Source: Eledone cirrhosa (taxonomy: Eukaryota). From it: 64,000 nt of DNA. This document shows positions 12,960-24,516 of the stretch, one piece after another. Positions within the stretch are counted from its first letter, which is position 1, and the number at the start of each line of letters is the position of its first letter. The position numbers and the translations under genes were made by a program. Below the pieces are notes generated by a model. It did not search any database. It saw nothing but the letters and a program-made list of their open reading frames with translations, and was not told where the DNA came from. The stretch covers positions 224,006,001-224,070,000 of the forward strand of contig OZ024740.1 of assembly GCA_964016885.1 (NCBI GenBank). Direction: 5' to 3'.

Positions 12960-15880
12960 ATAGTATGGTAGAATATTAAATGATAAATGTTAATTGAACA
13001 AGTACTTTCATGCCTTCGCAATCTTCAGGTTCATATTCAGTGGTGACAGTCAAGTTTGCAATTTTCAACTGTAATGAGATGGGTAAAATCTGTGCCTTAT
13101 ATACAGTAAAGAGGGGCTACAGAATGCTAAGTTTTGAAAACTGTATTTCGACTAATCGGTGCGTGGTTTCACTAGGTTACTAAAGCTGATTGGTTTAGGC
13201 ATCACGGTTGATTGAGCATGTCTAACGACTTCTATTTGACCCTATCCAAAGCATCAATTGTTTTGCTATTTTTAGAAATGGTGAAAATAGTATTTTCTAT
13301 GGTTTTTATAAAAAAAATCCTCAGTAATCATCAACATCAACATCTCTTTTATTATTATTGTTGTTGTTGTTGTTAGTGGTGGTAGTCGACATGGTCGTAG
13401 GCGTAGTCATAGTGGAAGTAATACCCCTAAGCATTATTATTGTTAATTTAGCCTGGGTTGGAATTTATAAATAAAATTCTTTTTAATTTTTCTCTTGATT
13501 TCACTTGGGCTGTGTAGTTTGTAGAATGGAAATATAAATATTTTCTGACCGCATGTTGCTAGATGGTTACTCAGGGGTATCTGACGGACATTTGGGTCTC
13601 TGATATGCTGTCGGTGCACCCGTGTACGTTCCGATAGTGCATTTCCAGTTTGACCGACATATTGCCTTCACAATTCGGGCATTTAATGTAGTAAATTAGA
13701 TTTCTGCTTTTGCAGTTCATATTTGCATTTGGGAATATTTTTTCAGTTTTTGTTTTCATATATTAACCAGTATGTATGAACTGACATATGCCACATCGAC
13801 TATCATTGGATTTAGATACAGTGGATGATTGGTCTTTGTTCTTAAGGTCAAACTTTGCCTTTGTTAGTAATTGCTTCAAATTTGCGGCTGTCTTTTACTA
13901 AGAGTCAAAGCTCGGTCTGTGATTAAACCTTTTAATTCATTACTTTGAGCAATGATCGGTAGGTTTGCTTTGGCAGTGTTGAAGATATTCTGGTGACATG
14001 GGTTGTGTGTCATTATAAATGGTATGACCAGTTCTTGGTTTCTTCTTCCTTGGGTTGTCCTAAATTGTTGTATAGGTATTTTTATAGCCCACTGTATGCC
14101 ATTTTCTATAAGTAGAGATGGGTATTTTTGTTTGAGCAAAAATTCTCTCAGTTCTGTTAGGTGTTTGTTCCTGGTATTCGTATCTTCTACAATGACACAA
14201 ATTTTTCTGGCTAGGCAGTGTGGGATGTTGCGTTTTGTATGAGGTGGATGGCACGACTTAAAATTCAGATATTGATGGGTGTCTGTGTGTTTATAGTATA
14301 TATCCGTGGTAATGGTGGTGTCGTTTTTGATTACCATTATATCTACGAATGTTAATTTGGTACTACTCATCTCTTTTGTAAATTGATGAGATGGGGGGGG
14401 GGTGTAGGTTATTCAGGAGGATATTGAACTCATCCAGAGTATCTAGAGAATCTGTCCAGATGATGAAACAGTCGTCAAGGTATCTCTTCCAAGACTTTTC
14501 AATGTACTTTCTAAAATCAGTGCTATATTTTTCCTCTATTTCTTGGTAGAGTTGTTGTTCTAAGTATCCCATTACGAGTTCGCATAAACAGGAGCAAACT
14601 TCGTTCCCATCGCTGTGCCTCTAATTTGGATGTAATTCTTTCCATTGAAGAATAATGTGTTGTTTTCCAGAATAAGTCTGACTGCGTCTAATATAAATGG
14701 CACTGTGAATCTGGTGGGAATCACTTCTCTATGTTTTTCCACCCAGTATTTAACCGCCTTTATTCCTAAATCATGTGTAATGTTGGTTTAAAGGCTTACC
14801 ACATCAAAACTAAGGAGAAGTGAATTTGTTTCCGAGGTTTTGGGAAGATGAGACAGGAAGTCGATATCATCTCGGATGAAACTGAGTATGTGAATACATA
14901 GTGGTTTCAAAATAATGTCAACAAAATTGCTTAGACGGTGGGTAGGACATGTTGGACCAGCTATAATAGGTCTAAGTTTTAAGTCTTTTGGTTGTAGTAA
15001 TTTAATGTACTCACTTTTTTGTTCTTTTACTGCCAGTTGTATTTCTTTTGACTTATCGATTTTCGTTAAGTCATAAAAGTTGCTGGGTTTTGGCTCAAAA
15101 TTGGTGATGTAGTCTCTTTCAGTAAGGGAGTTGTAATATTTTGAAGCCAGGTTGTTGATCTTCTTCATGATGTTGTGGTCTATATTTGACGGTATTTCAT
15201 GGTAGAATGTTGTGTCTTTCAGTTGTCCCTCGACCAAATCTTTATAGTATTCAGCATCCATTATAACAATTGCGCCCCCTTTATCTGCTTGTTTAATTAT
15301 TATTGTTTTATCGTTTTGTATAAGTTTAAGTGCAGACATTTCCGATTTGTTAGTGTTTGGCCTAATATTGGTATTACGTCTAAGAGGAAATTTAGACAGG
15401 ATATCAATGTATTGGTCGAGATAGATATTTCTTCCTTTTGACGGAGTGAAATTTGATTTATTCGTTACTAGTGATTCTTCACTCTCATTACTTCTATCAC
15501 CGAAGAATTCTACAAGTCTTAACTTACGACAGAATACTTGGGTATTTTCCTTTCGTTCTTGGTGGTTGACTGTTGAAGTTGGTGTGAATTTCAGTTTTTT
15601 TGACAGAATTTGCATTTCATCATTGTCAAGATCTCTTTTGGATAAATTTATTATTTTAGGATCTACGCGTTCAATTGTCTTGGGTATGTTTCCTCCTGGA
15701 GTTTTTCTTTTTTCGGTTTTTGTTGTCCTGACGTTAAAAAATGGATTTTTTTCTGTTCAGGATTTATATTCCTGTTGGTGTTTGCTTGATGAACTTTTGG
15801 TCGTGATATTATATTTAGTTTCGTTATGCTTTTTTTCCTATTTTTGGTATTATGTATATTATTTTTCCATTTCTTGTTAG
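12960..15880 (-). mobile_element. Penelope-like retroelement (Neptune-like), frameshifted
   Basis: Consecutive minus-strand ORFs give the PLE motifs ADKGGAIV, LRPIIAG, SFDVVSL, RYLDDCFIIW and DIYYKHTDTHQYL..SCHP, a Cys-rich linker, and GIY-YIG (NLIYYIKCPNC...). An HHR lies in the 3' region. Confidence 0.9.
12995..13033 (-). ncRNA. Type-I minimal hammerhead ribozyme
   Basis: Minus strand: TGAAC-CTGAAGA-tTGC gaag GCAt-GAAA-GTAC-TT-GTTCA. Stem I is 5 bp and stem III is palindromic. Confidence 0.8.
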
Positions 15881-15989
15881 CATATATATATATATATATA
15901 CACACACAAAAAAAACATATATATATTCTCTCCATCTTAACATGCTAACCATACTCACACACATAGCACACATACACACACAACTCCCT

Positions 15990-16770
15990 CCCCCATTTCT
16001 ACTAATAGAATCATCTTCCTACACACACACACAAGCACACAGATAAACATACATATCTCTACTTTCTTTATTTCAATAGAATGTCTGAATTCTGACACCC
16101 CAGTGCACTAGACATATTCACTAAACCAGAACAATTCTCCCCATCCCATTTTTCTTGACCATTATCTTTTGTTTGGCATACAATTATCTAAAAGGCTACA
16201 AAATAAATTCCAAAATATGGGCGCGAAATTTAATGTACTTGTTCACGTGACAGTCATAATTTCATTTATAACCAATTAAATTACATTTATAAAAAAAAAG
16301 CCCTCATGAGCCACCCTTTAGTAAAAAAGAAAAACAAATTCAAACACAAACTGGCGCGAAAGCTGATGTGCTTATTCACGTGACTGCATCAACCAACAAA
16401 ACTTCACTCATATATGAAAATTAAAAAAACCCTTTGTTTGAAGAACTTTGTAACGTCAAATGGCGTGAATTTTATTATACTTATTCACCAACTAACCAAA
16501 TTACTTCTCTAAAAACATGGCATTTCGAGCCACTTTTTTCCATATAAAACAGAAGTAACATTCATAGATCAACCAGATGTGAGAAAAACCACAGACCTTC
16601 CATCTCAATTCTACTTTTCAAAAGCAGAAGAACTGCAAAACCGGTAAAGGAACCAAATATAAAAAAAAGACTCCATTTGAATTTTCGATTTCATCTTTTT
16701 TCCTTATACTTTCACTCGTGTAGGACACCTCGGTTATTTTTCATTTTGTAAAAAAAACCTCACTTTCTAA
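15990..16770 (+). mobile_element. Probable PLE 3' end / pseudo-LTR relic
   Basis: Bounded by simple repeats. Contains three internal subrepeats and a decayed HHR at 16614-16649 (ctt-TTCAAAA-GCAG aagaa CTGC-AAAA-CCGG-TA-aag). Confidence 0.55.
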
Positions 16771-16788
16771 TATATATATATATATATC

Positions 16789-17506
16789 AACTAGAAATTG
16801 ATTGACATATATATATCTAAAATAAACATGTGAAACAATCATAGGGAATAATTTGTAAAAGTGTGTAAGCACACATAGCTAGATAGGTAAAACATTAATG
16901 TTTAACTTGAACTTTAAATATAGATACCTAATCAATTGATTAATATTCCTTGTATATATTTCATTAAAGAAATATATTTTACCATATATATATCGATCGG
17001 TAAACCACTAACCAAATTCCGGATTTTCAGCAAGGGAGAAGATTTAACTATCTGTGTTTACACAGCAAATTCAAATTTGCGAATGACTAGCAGCACGTGT
17101 TGCATTTTTTTAAAATACACATATCGTATCAGCTTCATCCCAGTGGCGTGAATAGGGTTATCGACAACTAGAAATAGCAGCTGAGCCCTTTCAACTGAGT
17201 TAGCTCTATAATTAACGGGTTGTATATATATCCAAAATTAAATTAAGGGCGTCATGCCAGAGAGACATGCGCCATATCCACTGTAGAATATGCCCCAAAA
17301 TTCCAATGAATAGATCCGAGCATTTTATATGAACTAGAAATTAATTGACATATATATGTATCTAAAATAAACATATGAAACAATCACAGGGAATAATTTG
17401 TAAAAGTGTGTAAGCACATTTACAAATTATTCATTGGAATCTTGGAGTATATTCTACAGTGGATATGGTGCATATCTCTCTGACATAACACCCTTAATTT
17501 AATTTT

Positions 17507-17515
<9 letters not shown>
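16789..17515. repeat. (TA)n-bounded element with direct (16789/17332) and inverted (about 17225-17311 / 17428-17515) repeats
   Basis: An 85-bp direct repeat with 543-bp spacing plus an 85-bp inverted repeat. The architecture is PLE-like, but no HHR was found. Confidence 0.7.
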
Positions 17516-17600
<85 letters not shown>

Positions 17601-17799
17601 TTGCAATCCAATCAATATGTAATATGAACATTTTGAAATGTGAAATGTTATGTTTGCACACACACACACCACATGTACATACAAGGTTGTGTCCAAACAG
17701 ATGGAAAAAAGCAATCAGCCCATTATATATAAGCTATATGTATGTAGTAACAGTTTGTGTTAATCAAACATTATCATACATTTAATAAATATATGGAAA

Positions 17800-18166
17800 A
17801 TGGCTTAGTGGTTAGAGCATTGGTCTTGCAACCGAAAGGTTGTGAGTTGAATTCTCAGACCGGGCGATGTGTTGTTCCCTTGAGCAAGACACTTTATTTC
17901 ACATTGCTCCAGTTTAATCAGCTGTAGAAATGAGATGATAGGACTGGGGTCCCTATCATTCCACTGCAAAGTGGTCGTGGAGGTGCCACGGCAAAAAAGC
18001 ACCCAGCCGACACAGTAAAGTGGACGTGTAGGTGCCACGGAAAAAAGCACCCAGCACTCACTGTAATTGAGGTTGGTGTTAGGAAGGACATCCAGCTGTA
18101 GAAATCAAGTCAGAATCAGTTCGCGTCCCACCTTTGCAAGCAAGGAAAAGCAGACGTAAAATGATG
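17800..18166 (+). mobile_element. SINE family A with a short internal duplication
   Basis: Homologous to 925-1260. The block aagtgg.cgt..aggtgccacgg.aaaaaagcacccagc is present twice. Confidence 0.9.
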
Positions 18167-18180
18167 ATATATATATATAT

Positions 18181-18624
18181 AAATGTATGTATGTATACGT
18201 ACATACATATATGTATATATATACACACATGCACATATATATATATATATGCGCGTATCGGTTTGCCGAACATTTATTATAATGTTCGGTTTGTTTGTTT
18301 GTTACAGCCCGAATTACGCAGTACTTAGGCAACCATGTCACCATCTGGCAGGAAGGTATACGATGCTGACGATAGCTAATAACCTTGAAACTAGTACATC
18401 GTTCCTGTGTCAGTAATAAACAAAAAGGTGACGTGGTTGCCTAAACACTGTACGGCGTAATTCGGGCTGTTCGTTTGTTTACAAACAAACACACCGAGTA
18501 TTATAATAAATGTTCGGCAAACCGATACATGCATATATATATATGTGCATGTGTATATATATATACATACTACTGTACGTCTGTATACATATATGTATGT
18601 ACGTATACATACATACTTACATTT
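18181..18624 (+). mobile_element. Fold-back element with an HHR in its loop
   Basis: Arms gtatcggtttgccgaacatttattataat / attataataaatgttcggcaaaccgatac and ttaggcaaccatgtcacc / ggtgacgtggttgcctaa. The symmetry extends into the flanking simple repeats. Confidence 0.75.
18360..18402 (+). ncRNA. Type-I minimal hammerhead ribozyme
   Basis: ACGATG-CTGACGA-tagctaataacctt-GAAA-CTAG-TA-CATCGT. Stem I is a perfect 6 bp, stem III is palindromic and stem II is weak. Confidence 0.8.
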
Positions 18625-18786
18625 AAGTAAGTGCCGTACTAAGAGTGAGAAATGAAATTTCGTTTCATTCTATTCCATATATATATATATATATATAATA
18701 TAGTAATAATAATAAATTTCAAGACTAAAATCCAAAGAGGGCTCGATAAGGATAAATATATATCAAACATATAAGAACCCTAGTTT

Positions 18787-18817
18787 CAGAAGATCCCGTT
18801 AAGGGTGAAAGCAGCGA
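18787..18817 (+). ncRNA. Degenerate HHR-like motif in a (TA)n-bounded island
   Basis: CAGAAGA-tccc gttaa gggt-GAAA-gcagc, which resembles the motif at 4138. U4 is changed and there is no clear stem I or cleavage triplet. Confidence 0.35.
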
Positions 18818-18848
18818 TTCTTTGCTTAAACTTTAATCTGTTATTTTA

Positions 18849-18887
<39 letters not shown>

Positions 18888-19060
18888 AGTATATCTACTA
18901 ACATATGCGTACAGATGTACGCTAATGCTAGCAAATACACGGGTTATATCATAGTACCTAAGTGGTTCAATGCAGGAGGATGCAGAACAATAATATAAAA
19001 GACGTAAAATAAGAAAATTTTAAAAAATTAAAAAAAATTAACTTACTTACTAAAATGTTC

Positions 19061-19141
19061 ACTCCAACTAATTAGTTTCTGCAATGGGATAAAGACAGTT
19101 ATGTAATAAACTGTCGAGAATTCATTGCGTCATCAGGGAGT
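19061..19141 (-). ncRNA. Type-I hammerhead ribozyme with long stem II
   Basis: ACTCC-CTGATGA-[gcaatg..gacagtt..aactgtc..cattgc]-GAAA-CTAATTAG-TT-GGAGT. Confidence 0.85.
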
Positions 19142-19599
19142 CTATTCTCAGCTAAGTCTCCAGGCAATGCGCGGACACTGGGGACTCATATAAAAATAAT
19201 AATAATTCGGTATATGGAACAGCTAGCGGGGACTGAATTCCATGCACTGAAAAGCTCGCTGTCGCTGGTCAAATGGCAGATTCTAAAGAATCAATCACGT
19301 GACACTGAGGCTAGTCGGTAGGAGTGGGATGGTAAGATAACAGAAGCCTACTAGCACACCAATAAATTAGTAGTGGTTTTGGCAGGTTTGCTCAACAAAT
19401 AAGTAATTTGGAGATAAATATAGAAAATTTAGTATATCTACTAACATATGCGTACAGATGTACGCTAATGCTAGCAAATACACAGTTTATGTCATAGTAG
19501 CTAGGTGGTTCAATGCAGGAGGATGCAGAACAATAATATAAAAGACGTAAAATAAGAAAATGTTTAAATATTTTAAAAAATTAACTTACTAAAATGTTC

Positions 19600-19680
19600 A
19601 TTCCAACTAATTAGTTTTTGCAATGGGATAAAGACAGTTACGTAATAAACTGTCGAGAATTCATTGCGTCATCAGGGAGT
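19600..19680 (-). ncRNA. Second copy of that HHR, with GAAA changed to AAAA (G12 lost)
   Basis: Direct repeat of 19061-19141, with tttt in place of tttc on the + strand. Confidence 0.7.
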
Positions 19681-20600
19681 CTATTCTCAGCTAAGTCTCC
19701 AGGCAATGCGCGGACACTGGGGACTCATAAAAATAATAATAATAATTTCAGTGCATGGAAATCAGTCCCCGCTAGCTGTTCCATATACCGAATTATTATT
19801 ATTTTTATATGAGTCCCCAGTGTCCGCGCATTGCCTGGAGACTTAGCTGAGAATAGACTCCCTGATGACGCAATGAATTCTCGACAGTTTATTACGTAAA
19901 AACGGAAAAACAACCATACGAATACGCATGCGCAGAAACGATCACTTCTCCTGTGAGAGGTAATCCCACGATCGATGTAAGGGAGATAACTGTGGATGTG
20001 CTGACTAAATTAATCGAGATATTCAGAATATTAGATTGTTGATGTTAGTCAGTCTGGAGCTTTGTAATTATGTAATAGGTGTTTCCAGACGTGTGGACAA
20101 CATGAAAAAAGTTCATTCCGTGAATTTAGGCAATCATTATTACGTAAACACTTCAGGATATTGATCTTTTCTTCAATGCACAGTCCACAAGACAGATTTC
20201 CGCTTGCGTATGGCTTGGAGTTAGTAATAGCTTTCCATTGTATGGAGTAGTTTATGCTTGAGTCTTTGAGAGACCATACGTGGCTCGCAAGTTTCTTGGA
20301 CAATCGTTTGTCCAGGTATCTCAAGCTCGAATCATGGTTCAGAAAGCACTCATTAAACCAGTGATCCGCCATACCTACATACGGTTTAACCTCTTGCTGT
20401 TGATTTGGTCGGTTGGAAGTGACCACAGCTTTGTAAATTACAGTGGGTGTGTTGCATTGTTATTGAAGGGGACATGCTTCAGATTTTCGGCAAGAGCATC
20501 CTGGTGGTATGTTCCTCTTAGGGCTGTGTGTGATGAGGGCCTTCATATTCTTAGCAGAGGAGTATCCTAGTTTCACCCTGTGTCTGTTAAAGATGGAGTA

Positions 20601-20634
<34 letters not shown>

Positions 20635-20636
<2 letters not shown>

Positions 20637-23600
20637 TGGTGTTAGGAAGGGCATCCAACCAGTGTATCAATGCCAAAACGATTATAAGCACAGAAACAAG
20701 TATATAGGAACAACAAAATATGAAGGCGTCGCATCTCAAAGTTGGAACACTTAATGTTGGCATTCTCAGAGGTAGATCTGATGAAATAGCGGAGATGCTG
20801 GAGAGAAGGCATATGGATATGCGCTGCGTGGAAGAGGTAAGATGGAGAGAAGCCTCTGCGTGACTAGTCTGTGTAGATAAGGATGATGGGTTAGCGGGAG
20901 TAGGCACTTTCCTAGCTGAGAGATGAATCAATAAGACAATAGAGATAGTTCGAGTTAGTAATCGAATAATTAAGCTTAGATTAGTTGTAGGCAGGAGACT
21001 ACTGACAATCATCTCTGCCCATGCTCCCCAAGCAGGCCTAGGCAAAGATGAGTAAGATGCTTTTACGAGCAACTTTTACGAACAACCGCAATGACAGAGG
21101 ACGGAGACATCGTTATGCTAGCAGGGGACTTCAATGGTCATGTTGGACAGCTCCAGGATGATTACACTGGGGTACATGGTGGGCATGGTTACGGCTCAGG
21201 AAATGAAGAAGGAGTGAGACTTCTTGAATTTTGTGATGCAAGTACACAGACTATTTGCAACACTAACTTCCAGAAACCTGCCAACCACCTAATAACCTAC
21301 AAATCAGGCGAGCACATGAGCCAGATTGACTTCTTATTAGTTAGGCAGCCGGACAGGCAGATAGTGTCTAATACCAAGGCATACCCTGGGGAAACTTGTA
21401 CCCCACAGCATAGGTTAGTCGTTAGTGATATCTCAGTAAGCAAGAGATGGAATGAGACATAGAGGAAGGTGTGGAGAAGAAAGATCTGGAAGCTAAAAGA
21501 CCTTTCACTAAAATACAAATTTAGGAAAGCCCTTCAAGATGTGTATGACGAAAAAGAAGACGATTTAGAGACGTATGACATAGATAATAACTGGAATTTC
21601 TTACGTGACAACTTACTCCAGGCAATTGATGAAACTTTTGGCTGGAGCAGAGCTCCAACCAGACAGAGAGTGACCTGGTGGTGGAACAGCACAGTAGATA
21701 AGGCCATTAGAGACAAAAGACTAGCATGGAAGGCTTGGAAAAAGGGTGGGAGTAAAGAAGGATATACAGCCGCTAAGAGAGACGCTAGACGTCAGGTGTA
21801 CTTAACACGAAGGGAGGCTGAGAGTAGGAGGTTTGCCAATGTTCTACGACTGGTAGATCAGAGGCGTGCGGTGTTCCATATTGCAAGGCAGTGTGTCAAT
21901 GCAAATCAGGATGTTGTCGGAGATAAATGTGTCCGGGATGATGCCGGTGTACTTAGTGTCACGAATGATCAGAAAAAGAAGGCCTGGAAATGTCATTATG
22001 AGAGATTGATGAATGTGGAGAACGAATGGGAGAGAGAGAAGTTACCCTCAGTAGATCCGACAGAGGGACCAGCTATTGAGATTGACAAATATAGGGTCCA
22101 AGAAACAATTAAGGAAATGAAAAATGGTAAGGCTGCTGGACCCTCGGGGATAGTTACTGAGATGCTGAAGGCATCAGGGGACGTATGCACTAAACTGGTT
22201 GCCTGCATCATCAATCAGGCTATATATGGAGGTGTCATACCCAAAGACTGGTGCAACAGTATTCTCATAAATTGCTACAAAGGTAAAGGGGATGCTCTGG
22301 AGAGGAGTAATTATAGGGGTATAAAACTGATGGATCCGGTTATGAAAGTTGCAGAAAGGATATTAGCACAACTAATTAGAGAAGGGGTCAAACTAGATGA
22401 GATGCAGTTTGGTTTTGTGCCTGGGCAGAGTACAACAGATGCACTCTTCTTGGTGAGACAATTGCAAGAGAGGTTCTTAGAGAAAAATAAGCCACTATAC
22501 TTAGCCTTTGTTGACCTAGAGAAGGCCTTTGATAGGGTACATTGATCTGTCATCTGGTAGTCCCTAAGGAAACTAGGTGTTGAGGAATGGCTTGTGAGGA
22601 CAATGTAAACTTTGTACAGAGGTACTGTCAGTAAAGTCAGGGTAGGAATGTAGTTTAGTGAGGAATTCCAGATACAAGTAGGTGTACATCAAGGCTCGGT
22701 CGTCAGCCCGCACCTGTTCCTTATAGTTCTCCAAGCCATAACAGAGAAGTTTAAGACTGGCTGTCCATGGGAACTTCTCTATGCTGACGATCTGGTTCTT
22801 ATAGCAGAATCAGTAGAGGAGCTAGAGAATAAATTCTGGCTATGGAAACAGCAGTTGGGAGTAAGAGGACTGAGAGTGAACCTAACGAAAACAAAAGTGT
22901 TGATGAGTAGAAAAGAGGACAAAACTGATTACATCAGAAAAGGAACTGGCATAAATTCTATAAAATGCATACAATGCAGATTCTGGGTACACAATATATG
23001 TAGTGGGATAGCAGGCAAAATAAAAGGTAGGGAGAAATACGTATGCAGTAGATGTACAGGGGAATTAGACAGTAGAAGTCACATTGATAAACACATTTTT
23101 CAAATGCAGGCGGGTGCTATTGATGTGGTGGATAGCTTCCGTTACCTAGGAGATCAGATTAGCATGAGTGTTCCGAGGCCATAGTATCTATAATAAGGAC
23201 GGGTAAAAGAAGTTTAGGGAGATGCTTCCTCTGCTGACGAAGAAGGGTTTCTCCCTGCGTACGAAAGCTCGGTTATATGATGCCTGAGTGAGGAGGGGCG
23301 ATGTTGCATGGTAGTGAGACATGGGCAGCAACTGCAGAGGATATGCGATAGCTGGAGAGAAATGAGGCAAGCATGCTCCGTTGGATGTGCAATGTCAATC
23401 TGCGTGAACGACCCAGCATAAATGTGTTGAGAGAGAAACTGTGTCTGAGAGCGATAGAATGTAGTGTGCGAGAGAGGAGACTGAGGTGGTATGGACGTAT
23501 GATGCCCATGGAGGATGACCGATGGGCGAAGAAGTGCCAGCAAATACCAGTTGAAGGAAAACGTGGTAGAGGTAGACCACGGAAAATATCGGCGGAGGTG

Positions 23601-23724
23601 GTAAGAACAGACCTCAGATCGCTGAAGCTCACGGTGGAGATGACGAAGGACCATGACAAGTGGAGAGATGCTGTGCTGAATAAGAGCCGTCCCACCCCTG
23701 CAAGCATGGAAAAGCGGACGTAAA

Positions 23725-23755
<31 letters not shown>
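20635..23755 (+). mobile_element. RTE-clade LINE, near full length, disrupted (APE endonuclease, RT, PHD-like finger)
   Basis: Motifs VGTLNVG, AGDFNGHVG and QHRLVVSD (APE); YRGIKL, QFGF, FVDLEKAFDRV and a YADD codon run (RT); RLRWYG and RGRGRP; (GAT)n tail. Confidence 0.93.
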
Positions 23756-23756
<1 letters not shown>

Positions 23757-23868
23757 ATATATATGCTTAACTCTAATGTAGATGAACACCTTGTGAGTGA
23801 AATGTATTTGCTTACATGTATGAACTATGTGACAATTTTGGAGTAAAACAAAATGCTGATAGACACAT

Positions 23869-23908
<40 letters not shown>

Positions 23909-24516
23909 ACACACACTCAGATATATGCATTTGATTTTCTCTCGCTCACTGACATACACATGTTGAGTTTGTGGCTGCTTATGCATTTACATTTTCCATT
24001 ATAGACATGCACTTTGAAACAGTAATATTTCTACTAGATAAATTATAACAATTCAGTTTTACATCTTTTTTTTTATTACGTTTGTCAACATTATTTTCAG
24101 CAAAATCGATCCATTGTAGTCAAAATTCAATAAAATCAAAGGTTTACCCATCAGCAATAAATGTTGAAAATTACAGGACTAGCTTTGCATTAGTCGCTAA
24201 GAAAACAATTAGTTTTGTTCTTCTATTATCTAAAAACTATTTGTTGTACATCTAATAAATCGGTTTCGAAGAAAAATAATAATATTAATAATAAAAAATA
24301 ATAATGATAATAAATAACTATATAAATAAATATATAACATTTTTTCAAAAGGTTTTAATTGGAAGGTGAAAGACAGAAGGCAGTCCCAATGTTTATTTTA
24401 TAATAAAAGCTAATAATGTGTTTATTTTGTTTCAGAAATAGAAAGAAAAAAAAAAGATAATAGCAGCAGCAATGTTTTCTTTTAGAACATAGGGTAATAA
24501 TAGCAATAATAATGAT

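Larger units (their letters stand above)
18883..20604 (-). mobile_element. 5'-truncated Penelope-like element with tandem and inverted pseudo-LTRs
   Basis: GIY-YIG remnant (CSCRKSEACPL...KPYVG...LASHVWSLK...CGLCIEEK...LNSRNELFSCCPH; ORF 20049-20426). Direct repeats start near 18883 and 19427, an inverted piece lies at about 19747-19898, and (TA)n flanks both ends. Confidence 0.85.

Noticed and set aside
17085-17135. Minus-strand CTGATAC...GCAA-CACGTG as a possible HHR
   Set aside because: Too many core deviations and no stem I.
18883-19898. Repeat arrays considered as CRISPR-like
   Set aside because: No short constant repeats with unique spacers and no cas genes; PLE pseudo-LTRs explain the pattern.
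19979-19990. Recurrent AAGGGAGAYA-like motif (11666, 17032, 19979, 38590, 44515, 52225)
   Set aside because: Short, variable and in unrelated contexts; enrichment cannot be shown without statistics.
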